Shown: positions 40,853 to 51,856, numbered from the stretch's first letter. The stretch: DNA of 64,000 nucleotides from an uncultured Gemmatimonadales bacterium (GCA_963707875.1 CAVPRU010000003.1:358498-422497); one strand, 5' to 3'. Made by a program: numbers and translations. Notes: generated from the letters alone by a model not told the origin.

Positions 40853-42556
40853 ATGAGCAAGTCTCCGTTCGCATTCGGTCGCATTCATTGGCCGCGGCAC
40901 GCCCAGATCTTCCTCACGGTCTTCGTCGGCGGAGGATTGCTGACGGCCGCATACGCGGTGTTTGCCAACGGACAAGCTGTCAATCAGGCACTGTGCGCAC
41001 TCCGCCGTTGGGCGCTCGTCTATGCCGCGCTTCACTCGCTTGTGATACTTCTGGAATCATTGCTGCGCGGAACGTCGTCGCTCGTACTCCGTGCCTACTA
41101 CGGCATCTGGGTCGGTGTCGTATTTCGGTATCTCCGCCGTGCGAGCGCTACAGCGGGGCGGCAACGCTGGCCCGCACGCGTTGCTCAGAGGATGATGCGC
41201 CAGTTGTACGACTGTGATACCGCATCATTGATACTCGACTCGATGGACGATAACGATGGTAAGCCGACCGTTATCCGCCGCCGTGATCTTGACGCCGACG
41301 GCTACCTCGAGGACAAGGCGTTCTCCGTTGTCGTACTCACTAATCGTCCGCTCATTCATGCCCGCACGAATCCCACAAGGCACGTTCTTGAGGTAGATCT
41401 GCGGAACCAATCCGCCGCGATCTATAACTCCGCAGGCAAGAACTTTCTTCGGTCGCGATACCTGCAATCACAACACCAAAAGGACGCCAAGTTGCAGGGT
41501 ACCCGAATCGACACGTTTCTTAGGTCAGATCGTGCGGGTGAAAGCATCGCACTTGTTCCGCCCTTCCGCTGGGCCTCGGGCGGCGCAATAGGTATCGCTT
41601 CGTTAGACGGTAGCGAATGGGTGACGGTCTTCTTCCGGGGTGTGCATCCGATTGGTTGGAATGTTGCAAACGGGGCCTCGGAGCGGAGCGACGAGTACAA
41701 GTCACTTCATCGCCTAATGTTGCGGGAGTTTGCCGAGGAGCTCATCGTTCTTGATCGGTACCCAATGGCCGACGATCCGCGGCCACTGACCCACAAGGCG
41801 TTCCGACCTGCCGATCCGCTCCTGGAGGAGCTCCCTGATGACATCCGCCGCGAACTCACGAGCCGTCGGTTCACCGATCGCCATACACACCTTCGACGAG
41901 CTCACGATCAACTGAACCTCTCCTCTCGAGAGGAGCTGACGATCGATCCTATCCCCACCCCGCACGCCGTCAGGATCGATTACCACGAGAGAGACGGCCG
42001 TACTTCGGCACCACCCTCAGAGAGAACAAACCTCGTCTTCTCGGTGAATCCAGGTGAACTTGGAATCGAAACGATCCGGTTCTATCGATACACGCTCACG
42101 AGCACAGACTACCTCATGTTTGGAGAGATTCATGAGCGGGCCGATTTCCTGGTACGCGAGCCTGTTGGGTTGCTACGACTCGACTGGTTACGGAGTCTGT
42201 TCGACGCGCACGACGGTTCGCTTGGGGTGGAGGTCTGGGATGAGGAGTATGCGGGTGGCAAGAGGCTTCCCCGCATTCCCTCTAGCGCGTACCGCCTCTT
42301 CACGGCTGATAACGAACTTCGTGAGCGAAGGCTTGAGCATCTCAGAAAGTTGGGTAGAACCGCAACAAAGACCGATGAGATCGAGCTCCAGTTTCATGAC
42401 ACATGGCTCACGCGGTATCAGAGCGCTTTCACATCGCATGAGGGTGGGCATGGAGATGTGAATCCTGATGATGTGCCGTACTTGTGTACACTCTGTCCCG
42501 TCACTTGGCGGTCGCTCGAAGCACTTTTTCGAACAGGATACGGACGTTCAGAATAG
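40853..42556 (+). CDS. Hypothetical protein: N-terminal TM helices plus a divergent Nudix-like domain
   Basis: 567-aa uninterrupted ORF in visibly less GC-rich DNA; hydrophobic segments in about aa 18-92; NGASE...REFAEEL resembles a Nudix box. Confidence 0.7.
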   Translation: MSKSPFAFGRIHWPRHAQIFLTVFVGGGLLTAAYAVFANGQAVNQALCALRRWALVYAALHSLVILLESLLRGTSSLVLRAYYGIWVGVVFRYLRRASATAGRQRWPARVAQRMMRQLYDCDTASLILDSMDDNDGKPTVIRRRDLDADGYLEDKAFSVVVLTNRPLIHARTNPTRHVLEVDLRNQSAAIYNSAGKNFLRSRYLQSQHQKDAKLQGTRIDTFLRSDRAGESIALVPPFRWASGGAIGIASLDGSEWVTVFFRGVHPIGWNVANGASERSDEYKSLHRLMLREFAEELIVLDRYPMADDPRPLTHKAFRPADPLLEELPDDIRRELTSRRFTDRHTHLRRAHDQLNLSSREELTIDPIPTPHAVRIDYHERDGRTSAPPSERTNLVFSVNPGELGIETIRFYRYTLTSTDYLMFGEIHERADFLVREPVGLLRLDWLRSLFDAHDGSLGVEVWDEEYAGGKRLPRIPSSAYRLFTADNELRERRLEHLRKLGRTATKTDEIELQFHDTWLTRYQSAFTSHEGGHGDVNPDDVPYLCTLCPVTWRSLEALFRTGYGRSE

Positions 42557-42794
42557 CCCAACGGCCGATCCGCGGAGCGTGGCACGAGGATCTCTGACGG
42601 TGGTAAGCCTTTGGTTGCCCCATTGCCCTTCCCCCCTCCCCGATCCAACCTCACCTTCGCCGCGGAGGTAGCTACACCAGCGATACCGTTCCCCAAATCC
42701 ACCATCGGTGAGAGAAACCTCCTCCCGTTCCCATTGCTAGGACCTCTAGGTCGCTGCAAAGCTCACCGGTTCGCCATCATTGTGCCCGACCAGT

Positions 42795-45700
42795 TCACGG
42801 GGTTGAGTGGGGCATCGGGCCTCCCCAGACCACATCACCCTTGACCCCCTGCCACACTTCGACTGGCCCAAAGAGGAGCTGTGCCCCAACACTGTTCCCG
42901 GTCAGGGACACCTGGTACGGTTTATTCACCGGGAACCGACGGCCTGATCGCCACACCACCTTACCGTTGATGGCGATGCCACAGCTGTGATCCGGGAAGA
43001 GCTGTATGCGGAGCCGAAACCACTGCCCCGAGCCAAATGGTGTGGGCACGGGCAGTTGGAGGCTCTCCGTCCATCTCCGCCCACCATAAGACTGTGTAGG
43101 CCGAGCTCGGTCTCGGAGGCAGGGTACTTGGCGAGGCATTCCTCATTGCCCCACCTGGTGGGTGCCCGCCCACCGGTCGCGTGATCCCACCCGTCGTAGT
43201 CCTGTGATCTCACACTCTGGAGCGTGACCACCACACTCTGCCAGAGAGTGGACGTAATTGCGGTGGACACCTGGACCTCCACCCCGGCACCTAGGGTAGG
43301 GGTAACGTGAAACGCAGAATACACCCCACTCGGGAATGACCCATCACCGTTGGGGTTGAGACCACGGATCTTGTCGGGCCCCTGCACCATGACCGGCCTG
43401 GGTGCTCCAAATGGGATCCAGACCGAGCTGTCCAGCCCACCCCACGTTTCATGAACGACCGTGGTCGCCGTCGCTCTGGTAACCCTGACAGGGAGCGTCT
43501 GCCGACGGCCTGCCGCCTCGACGAGGATCTCGGTGATCCCGATGTCTCGCGGCACAACTCTTCCCGAGTTGTCCACGACGACGACCACTGTGTCGGCCGG
43601 GACGAACTTCCACGCTGCCGGGGGCAGGTCTAGCGGTTCGTCATAGGCGTCGTAGGCAACCACAGCGACCGCCGCCGAGGCGTCAATCGGTACAAGCAGC
43701 GTGTCCACGAGGGCGGAGACTCGCTGGACGTAGCCCGGCCCGCGGCTGCCAACCCAGGCGAATGTTCCCCCGGGCTGCGCCCTCGCTACCCGGCGAGCAG
43801 CCGCGGCATTTCCCGTGGGCCAGACCAGCAGATCAACCGGGCCGCCGACTGTCTTGCCACAAATGCACGCCACCCAGCGGCCATCATCGCTGGCGCTGGC
43901 GCTCTGAACTGGGCCAGGATGGGCTACGCCAAGGCGCCCATCGTCAACACCCAACTCAAGTAGAACTCCACGATCACCGGATTCGGCGAGCACCAGAACA
44001 GTGCCAGGCCCAGACCAGCCGACAGGCACGAGTTTGCCGCGATGGTCTTCGAGCCGGCGACAGGCTGGGATCTGCGCCCACACAACTTGCACGCATATCT
44101 GGGCGCGCCCCGTCCGGTAGTCCCGGCGGAGGAAGGCGATACGGGTACCATCAGGGGACCAGACGGGAAACTGCTCCATCTCGTCGGTGGCGGCGAACCT
44201 GACCACCGAGTCCGTCCCAACTGTCCAAAGCGCCAGATCGTAGTCGTAGTGGCCAGGCCGGGGCACCATCCACCTTGCGGTCGCAAAGGCCAGTTGCCGC
44301 CCATCGGGTGAGATGCGGCCATCACCGTCATCACGCGACGAAGAAAGGGCCCAATGACTTCCCAGTGAGGAGCCTTGGAACAGTTCGCTGGTAAGGTCGT
44401 TGTCTGCCCACCCTGTGCCATACCACCTGATGCCGGATGGATCGCGGTACACCCCCTGGACCAGACTGCGCGAGGCAAGCTGATCCCGCACTCGGAGAAC
44501 GCTGCCATTTGGCTGAAGGGGCAATCCAAACTCCCAATCTCCCAACGCCACCGGGACCGACCGGAAGGTGACAGTAGAGTCGCCCGGATCGGGTTCAATG
44601 AGCATCAATTCTGCGTTTTCGACTGGAAGGGCTACACCCTCACCCGAAAGGGCCAAGCCACTGCCCATGATGAGAGAGGCAATGACGGCGACGGCTGCCC
44701 ACGCCCGGTTGCTTGAGTGGAGTCCGATCCGTTGCCTCAGGGGAAGCCCTCGGACGAGAGCACGGGCAGCTGCTGGATCCTCATTCCCATTGAATGCGAT
44801 TGCGAGCTGCCGGTGCGCCCGCCGGTCGCCACGCTGGCGGGATGCCGCGATGAATCGCTGAAAGGCCGTGGCAGCCTCTCCATTATCCTCACCGGCAATC
44901 AGGTGTCGCCCAGCCAGAAGGATATTCGCAGGCTCAGCCCCAGCGAGCGCGAGCTGCGCGCGTCCCAGTCGCCTATGGAGTTGTCGAGATTCCTCCGGGG
45001 AGAGCATGCCCAGAGCGGCAATGCCAATCTCGTCGTGAAACGGCTCGTACCCCCTGAGGGTGCTCGTAACCAAACCCGCTATCTCAAGCTGGGTCAACTC
45101 GACCTCAAGGCGCCTGTCTTCCGTCCCCTCCGTGGCCATCAGGAGCCCGGACCCAACTGGGTACCCGGCAAGAGAACTGATCTGGAGCAGCCTCAGGGCC
45201 GGTGCCGACAAGGCTTCCAACCGGGCCCTGGTCACCTGACCATCGTCGAGGAGGGCACCCAATCCCAGTGGGTCTGGGCAACACCACACGCCACCCTCCA
45301 GCCCCAGGAAACACCGTTGGAGTGCCAGCCGCACAATTTCAAGCAGCAGAAACGGTGACCCCTCAGATGCCCTGTGCAGCCGCGCCAAGGCGCCCTGGGT
45401 CCGGTGGTCGTGAGTCGGCACGGCCCCCAGGCTCGTCAGGAATTCATGGGTGTGACCTTCGCTGAACGGGTGAAGAGTCAAGACCTCCACAGACCCTGAG
45501 TGCGGTACTCGTGCAGGGACCGGGCGACCGGTGGTGATAATGAGGACTGGAATCCTGTCGAGTCGCCCAAAGGCTCCATCAAGCAGCCGAAAAGACGCCT
45601 CATCCGCCCAGTGCAGGTCATCAACAAACAGGGTGAAACCTTTCTCATCTGCGACGGCGAGAATCAGTTCATGTAACGCGGCAGTCCGGCGACGGAGCGC

Positions 45701-46834
45701 TTCGCTTCCAGTGGCCGGATCCGGCGGAGGGCTCATTCGCCCACTCAAGGAAGGATGAAGCGCAACTAGAGCTGCGGCGGCCCCCGGAGATACCCCGGTG
45801 GCCCCTGGCAGTTTCCCGAGCACACGGGCGACCTCCCCGGCCAAGGCATACTCCAAGTAACGCTCCCCCGGCTGCGCCCGGACATGGACGGTCCTGGCGC
45901 CCTGTATCCGGAGGTTCGCTGAAACGTCCGCCAAGAGCCGGCTCTTCCCCAAGCCCGCAGGCGCTAGGAGGTGGAAATGCCGGAAGGTGCCGCACCGTGT
46001 CTGTCTCCACGCGGTGACGATGGCACTGTATTCCACCTCGCGCCCAACCAGCTCAGCAACCAATTCGCTCTCTGGAGGAGCCTCCTTCACGGCCGTACCC
46101 GCTGTCTGCTTGGCTAGCCGCAATACCTCCTCAATGGCTGGTGATGGTCCCACACCTTCCTTCTGGAAGTACGCCGAGAGCTGGTCGGCCTCACTCCTCG
46201 CCAAGACCTCATTGCCGATTGCCAGTGACGTCTCGACAAGGAGCGCCCATCCATGCTCGTCCTCGGGGTCGGCCTCCCGGAGTCGTCTTGCCAGTGCGTG
46301 CGCTTCTCGAGCCTTACCCTGTTGGAGCCGACGGCGAGCCAGCGACCGAGACGCCGCAGAGAACTGAGACCGGAAACCCTGGCGCTTGACGTCAACCCAG
46401 AACTCAAACCCCCTGGCCCCGGTCATCGGGCGGTGAAGGAAGAACGATGCGGAATAGGCGGAAATTGCTGACTCAAGGTCCTCACGATTGATGGCGTGGG
46501 AAAACTTGTTGACATCCCCATCCAGAACCAGGGAGAGGGATACGTCCTCACCGCCGGTGATGCTGTTTCCTCCAAGGGTCTGCCTGAGCTGCCAGACCGT
46601 CTGGCGCAAGGCGTGACGGCCCCGCTCCTGACCGAAGTCCCGCCACAGCAGGTCGGTCAGGAAGGCTCGCGACGCTGAACGGCCGGGGGTGAGCGCCAGG
46701 TAGGTCACCAGCGCCAAGGGCTTCCCGACCGTGAGGAGAAGTGTCCCGTCTCCGGCGACAAGCCTCGGTTCCCCGAACGCGAGCAGCGTCAAACGAGCGT
46801 CAGAAGATGGCGTTACCAGTTGCTGGGGGGTCAT
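42795..46834 (-). CDS. Large transmembrane regulator: SARP wHTH/BTAD + STAND-type AAA ATPase + TM + PD40 beta-propeller + Ig-like + lectin-like C-terminus (frameshift near 43075)
   Basis: KPLALVTYLA/LTDLLW (wHTH), DPEDE.GW (BTAD), LVGRE..E, APAGLGKS (Walker A), FVDDLHWAD (Walker B), TM AWAAVAVIASLIMG, ISPDG/WSPDG. The C-terminus continues in ORF 42795-43139 (GQWFRLRIQLFPD). Confidence 0.8.
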
Positions 46835-46939
46835 TTGACTGAATCCTGACAGGGGGTCCCTAGGATCTGCTACCCCTTGGTCAGCCACACGACGAGACCG
46901 GGGGCAGCAACCTTCCAGACCCTTTCTTGAGGTGAAGCC

Positions 46940-48373
46940 ATGCGCCAAGCAATCGGGATCGTTGTAGCGAGTATTGTTGTAGCAGCTTGCGGGACGGAGG
47001 GCAATACCCCGACCGAACCGCGCCCTCCCTCATTCGAGATCCTTGATGCCCTCCACAACCAGGGGAACCCGCGCTTTTTCCTGCTGCCACCTATGGTGCC
47101 GTCGCCAGCCACCACAGGAATGTTCGATTCCAGCCTGTCACCAACAGTAGCCATTTGCGAAATGGCTCAAGCCGCGTGTGGGGTCACGGTGGCCTCGTAT
47201 ACCATGACCAGCGGGTCAGGCTCCGAGTTGGTCCGAGTTGATCCTTTCAACGAGCACTACGCCGTCAATTGGCATACCGATCAGTTCAGTCTTGACCTCC
47301 AGAAGACGTACCGCATCACCATCTCAGTCAGCGGCCTAAGCTTGGGGCACGCTGACGTGGCCGTGGTGGCGACCGGGAAGGAGTTGAAGAACATCAACAC
47401 CGGAGAGTTTGTCCCCCTCAAAGATGGCCGCACCCTGCCAATCAAGTTCAGGATTGACCAAGGCATTTTTCCGCTGGTGCTTTCGGCAGTATCTGGTGAT
47501 GGACAGTCGGCACTCCTTGGCAGTGTCCTTCCAGCACCCATCGTAGCCAGGCTGACGGATGCTGGTGGCTACCCGGTGGGAGGGTATCAGGTGAGCTTCG
47601 CGGCGGCGAGCGGGTCTGGTGAGGTAATCCCGGTCACTGGGACGACAGGTGCGGACGGCGTGGCCACTGCGACCTGGACGCTGGGAAGCATGGTTGGACT
47701 ACAAACCGTAGAGGCCAGTGCAGCGAACACCACCGGGCCGGTCACTTTCTCAGCGGCTGGGATCTCGCCTCTCCCCTCCTGGTGCGATACCAACATCAAT
47801 TTCGATGATGGCACGGTACCAGTGGGTTGGGGCACGCTAGTGGTTAGGGGCGGACCCGGATTGATCAATGGCAGGGTTGAGGGCCATCCGACCGACAGCG
47901 GGATGCGATTGGATTCGCCGACCGAGCCTGCAGGCCCATTGTCGAGAGTCATCGTGGAGTATGATGCGAGCAGTGTGTCGTCCTTCTGGGGCATGAATCA
48001 CGGTTTCACGCTCGAGACCGATCAGGGCGTGTGGTGGTTCCTGGAACAGACTGCCAACGCCAGCTACGGACCCAACAACCTAGCGTTCCGAATTGATCAG
48101 ATGGACGCTCCGACTGGCGCCGCAACCACGGTGACCGAACATGCGTTGACAGTGCGGCCGTACACCTACGGCGACCAGCACTACCGGATCGAGATCACTA
48201 ACGGGCTCGTGCAATGGACTGTCACAAACCTGACCACGGCTCAAGTGGTAAGCGTATCACAGACGATTCCAGCCACGTTGTTGCTTACTGATGTGCACCG
48301 GGTGTACTGGGACGTCTACACAACCACGGGCTCCATTACATGGGGTGACAACCTGACGATTAGCTGTCAGTAA
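46940..48373 (+). CDS. Lipoprotein with Ig-like (Big_1-type) and C-terminal beta-sandwich domains
   Basis: Lipobox VAAC; SGDGQS..G..LP.P....TDAGG.PV.G..V.F and TGADG.A...WTLG (Ig-like); aromatic-rich C-terminal domain. Confidence 0.78.
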   Translation: MRQAIGIVVASIVVAACGTEGNTPTEPRPPSFEILDALHNQGNPRFFLLPPMVPSPATTGMFDSSLSPTVAICEMAQAACGVTVASYTMTSGSGSELVRVDPFNEHYAVNWHTDQFSLDLQKTYRITISVSGLSLGHADVAVVATGKELKNINTGEFVPLKDGRTLPIKFRIDQGIFPLVLSAVSGDGQSALLGSVLPAPIVARLTDAGGYPVGGYQVSFAAASGSGEVIPVTGTTGADGVATATWTLGSMVGLQTVEASAANTTGPVTFSAAGISPLPSWCDTNINFDDGTVPVGWGTLVVRGGPGLINGRVEGHPTDSGMRLDSPTEPAGPLSRVIVEYDASSVSSFWGMNHGFTLETDQGVWWFLEQTANASYGPNNLAFRIDQMDAPTGAATTVTEHALTVRPYTYGDQHYRIEITNGLVQWTVTNLTTAQVVSVSQTIPATLLLTDVHRVYWDVYTTTGSITWGDNLTISCQ

Positions 48374-48381
48374 CCAGGGAA

Positions 48382-48426
48382 GCGGCGGGGCAGGAGCCGG
48401 ACTCTTCCTGGCTCCTGCCCCGCCGC
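48382..48426 (+). terminator. Perfect 17-bp stem hairpin downstream of the lipoprotein gene
   Basis: gcggcggggcaggagcc - 11-nt loop - ggctcctgccccgccgc; no clear U-tract. Confidence 0.6.
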
Positions 48427-48473
48427 CCTTCCCCCCTCCCCCATCCTCCCGTACCTTCGCGGGGGAGGCACCC

Positions 48474-50359
48474 ATGGCCGTCATCAACCCCCAGGCCGAT
48501 CTCGACACCGCCGCCCGGTTCGCCCGGGCCCTGGCCCAGCAGAAGGCCACCTCCGACGAAGCCAAGGCCTACGCCGAGGCCCGGCGCCGGGACTTCGTCC
48601 AGGACACCGGGAGCACCTTCCTCGAATCCATCATCGCCGACAGCGACCTCCTCCCGATCCGGCACTTCGCCATCGGCCAGCTCGCCGCCGCCACCGTGGG
48701 CCGGATCTTCCTCGCCGCCCCCGACGGCTCCGGCACCGGGTTCGCCACCGGCTTCCTGGTCGCCCCCGGCGTCCTCATCACCAACGGCACGTCCTCCAGT
48801 CCCCCGTCTGGGCCCGGAGCGCCACCCTCACCATGGACGCGGAGGACGACCTCGATGGCCTCCCCCGGCCCCCACGAGTCTTCAAGTTCACCCCCGACCA
48901 GCTCTTCCTGGCCGACCGGGAACTCGACTTCGCCTTCGCCGCCGTCGCCCCCCGCGCGGTGGACGGCACCCCGCTCGGCGGCTACGGCTACCTCAAGCTC
49001 TTCGGCCGCACCGGCAAGGTGGCCGCCGGCGAATACGCCACCATCATCCAGCACCCCGACGGCCGCCAGAAACACCTCGCCATCCGGAACAACCAGATCA
49101 CCGTCTACGCCCAGGACGGCGACCTCTCCGACGCCGACCGGGCCGCCAACAACTTCCTCTACTACTCGACCGATACCCTCCCCGGCTCCTCCGGCGCCCC
49201 GGTCTTCTCCGACCAGTGGTACGTGATCGCCCTCCACCGCGCCGGTGTCCCCGAGACCCGGACCCGCGGCGGCAAGACGACCCTGGTCCGCAAGCAGAAC
49301 CGCCCGGCAACCCCACCAAGGAGGTCCAGTTCGTCTCCAACGAGGGGGTCCGGGTGAGCCGGATCCTGGCTCGGCTCAAGGTCCTGTCAGAGTCCGGCGA
49401 CCCCGACCAGCGGTCCCACGCCAGCCGGGCCCTGGAGGCGGTCACCACCGCCGCCGGCTCCCCCGAGAACGGGCCCTTTGCCCGCCCCACGGCCCGGATC
49501 GCCCTGCTCGGCGCACCCGACCAGCCCGGGGGCCAGCCGGTGGTTGAGAGCTTCGAGATCGTCCACCGGAAGGCCGAGGAGTTCCCCGAGAACACGGGCT
49601 ACAACCCCAGGTTCCTCCGGGGCCACCCGATCCCCCTCCCGACCCCATCCACCGAGCTCCGCCCCGAGCTGGCGCCCCGGCTCGACCGGCCCGGGGGGCA
49701 CCTCCTCCCGTTCCGGCACTTCACCACCGCCATGCACGCCCGCCGGCGGCTCCCGGTCTTTGCGGCCATCAACATCGACGGCCGCCACAAGCCCGAGGGG
49801 GCGATGCCGAAGCGGCCCGGCTGGTCGCTCGACCCCCGGATCGACGAGGCCCATCAGCCCGACGACTCCATCTTCAGCTCGATGCTCCAGCGGGGGCACA
49901 TGGCCGCGCGGGACCACGTCTACTGGGGGAAGACCCCGGCCGAGGTGGCCCAGGCCGACCTCCACAGCTTCACGCTGACCAACGTCTGCCCCCAGGATCC
50001 GGGCCTTCAATGCCAGCAAGGAGTGGTATGAACTGGAGCGGCAGATCATCGAGGGGGCGGAGGAGGAGGACAGGCGGGTGACCCTCTTCCTGGGCCCGAT
50101 CCTCCGGTCCACCGATCCGTCATATGACGACCTCCGGGGGTCTGGATCGTCGGCGGTGATGGGCACCCGGATCCGGATCCCGCTCCGGTTCTGGAAGATC
50201 GTCTGCTGGCTGGAGCGGGGGCTCCGGCACAAGGCCTTCCTGCTGGATCAGCGGGACGAGCTGGGGGTGGCGGGGCCGCTGGAGCTGGCGTTCACCCCGA
50301 CCAAGGGGGTGGTGGAGAGCACGGTGGCGGAGATCGGGGAGCTGACCGGGCTCGACTAA
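48474..50359 (+). CDS. Trypsin-like serine protease fused to a DNA/RNA non-specific endonuclease (split by at least 3 frameshifts)
   Basis: LESII..SDL, GTGFATGFLV..TN.HV (His), ELDFA (Asp), DTLPGSSGAPV (Ser), NEGVRVS.I; nuclease RHFT..H..RR.P.F.A.NIDG, QRGHM, F.LTN..PQ, FN, IP..FWKIV; GGAGG RBS. Confidence 0.82.
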
Positions 50360-50514
50360 TTGGGGATTGCCTGAACCCGATTCCGGGCCCATTCTCTCCC
50401 TTTGGTGATGATCCATCCCACGAGCCTGGCCAGGATAATTCTCAACTCAATGAGTGAGGGACGCGGAGTCATGGCAAAGGTTCCGAGCAAGGTCAGCAAC
50501 CGCGATCGCCGCGA

Positions 50515-51702
50515 ATGAGCCACGGATTTGGGAGAAGACCGTGCGACTGGCCTTACCGCGGTCTGTGCCTCGTCCTCTTCATCTCCCCGTTCCTCGCGCC
50601 GGGGTTCGTCCAAGCCCAGGGTGCCACCGGCAAGGCGTGGTCGCTCTCTGATGAACCGACCCTTCACCTTGAGGCTTCAGGCTCAGGGCCGTCCCTGTTC
50701 CTTCACGTTTCCGGGGTGATACGACTCCACGACGGACGCATAGTGGTTGCCGATGGCGCCACCAGTGAGCTCAGGATCTTCGACCCACGGGGGCGCCACA
50801 GTGAGACGTTTGGGCGTGATGGAGCGGGCCCGGGAGAGTTCCGCCGACTCGGATGGGTTGGCCGGGTCGGTGACACGCTGTTGATCTACGATGACGGCCT
50901 CCGCCGGATCACCCGCGTTGCGTTCACCCCAAAGGCCCACCTGGTCGACATCACCAGGGTAACCGCAGTGAGTACCAGAGGGCGGTATTCGGTGGTGGGA
51001 CATTTGTCGACCGGGGAGTGGCTGGTCACAACGGGTGTCTCCCCCTCATTCAGCGGGCCCCCCGGGGTCCATCGCCTTTCACAATCGTTCGGGATATTGC
51101 CGAGAGCGGCTGATGATTCGGTACGTTGGGTGCGGGAGCTGCCAAGCGCCGCCGTGTTTGTCTACAACCCGAACGGGAAGATTGAGGAGGCATCAGTCGT
51201 CTTCGTGGGGTTTGGTCCCTGGGCGGCCGGGCAGGCGGCGGGCGGGGTAGTCTGGCTGGGGGAATCCAGCTCCGATACCCTCATCATGCTCTCGCCCCCG
51301 TACCTCGCCTCGAGGTCCGTCCACCTTTCTACCAGACGGACTCGCCTGACGGCGAGCTTGGTTCAGAAGGCCCTCGAAGCGGAATTGGCGACGGCGCGGA
51401 CGGATCGGGCGGCCGCCACGACCCGGGCAAGGTTTTCACCACCTCAACTCCCGGAGTACCTGCCCACCTTCGGGCGGCTCATTGCTGCGCCTGAATCGGA
51501 ACTTTGGGTTGAGACCTGGTCGACAACATCTCAGGAACCTGTGCGGTACTGGATCCTTGGCCAGAATGGGGCGATCAGGGGGCACCTTGAGGGGCCACCT
51601 GGCTTCCGGATCCATGAGGCGGGTCGTGACTACGTGCTGGGTATCTACCGAGATACTGACGACGTCGAGCATGTGCGGCTCTACACCCTATTCCGGCACT
51701 GA
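50515..51702 (+). CDS. 6-bladed beta-propeller protein (exported)
   Basis: Signal/TM segment; DGRIVVADG...LRIFD..G....FGRDGAGPGEFRRL; ends with G...D.DDVEHVRLY.L. Confidence 0.8.
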   Translation: MSHGFGRRPCDWPYRGLCLVLFISPFLAPGFVQAQGATGKAWSLSDEPTLHLEASGSGPSLFLHVSGVIRLHDGRIVVADGATSELRIFDPRGRHSETFGRDGAGPGEFRRLGWVGRVGDTLLIYDDGLRRITRVAFTPKAHLVDITRVTAVSTRGRYSVVGHLSTGEWLVTTGVSPSFSGPPGVHRLSQSFGILPRAADDSVRWVRELPSAAVFVYNPNGKIEEASVVFVGFGPWAAGQAAGGVVWLGESSSDTLIMLSPPYLASRSVHLSTRRTRLTASLVQKALEAELATARTDRAAATTRARFSPPQLPEYLPTFGRLIAAPESELWVETWSTTSQEPVRYWILGQNGAIRGHLEGPPGFRIHEAGRDYVLGIYRDTDDVEHVRLYTLFRH

Positions 51703-51725
51703 GGAGACCACCGATCGCGAGGCTC

Positions 51726-51790
51726 GATCGATCGAGTACATAGAACGGGCAGAGTTTCTGACACCGAGGCAACGGGACAAGATCTTCTGG
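51726..51790 (+). pseudogene. Short remnant resembling an amidohydrolase_2 C-terminus
   Basis: Translates SIEYIERAEFLTPRQRDKIFW with no upstream body. Confidence 0.4.
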
Positions 51791-51856
51791 GCCCAGCGAG
51801 ATGCGCGTCGAAGGCGAGCCCGCCCGCTCGCGGGCGCTGGCACGCGCTGGTAAACA

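Noticed and set aside
50356-50472. 38-aa minus-strand ORF (MTPRPSLIELRIIL...)
   Set aside because: No recognisable motif or RBS; may be non-coding.
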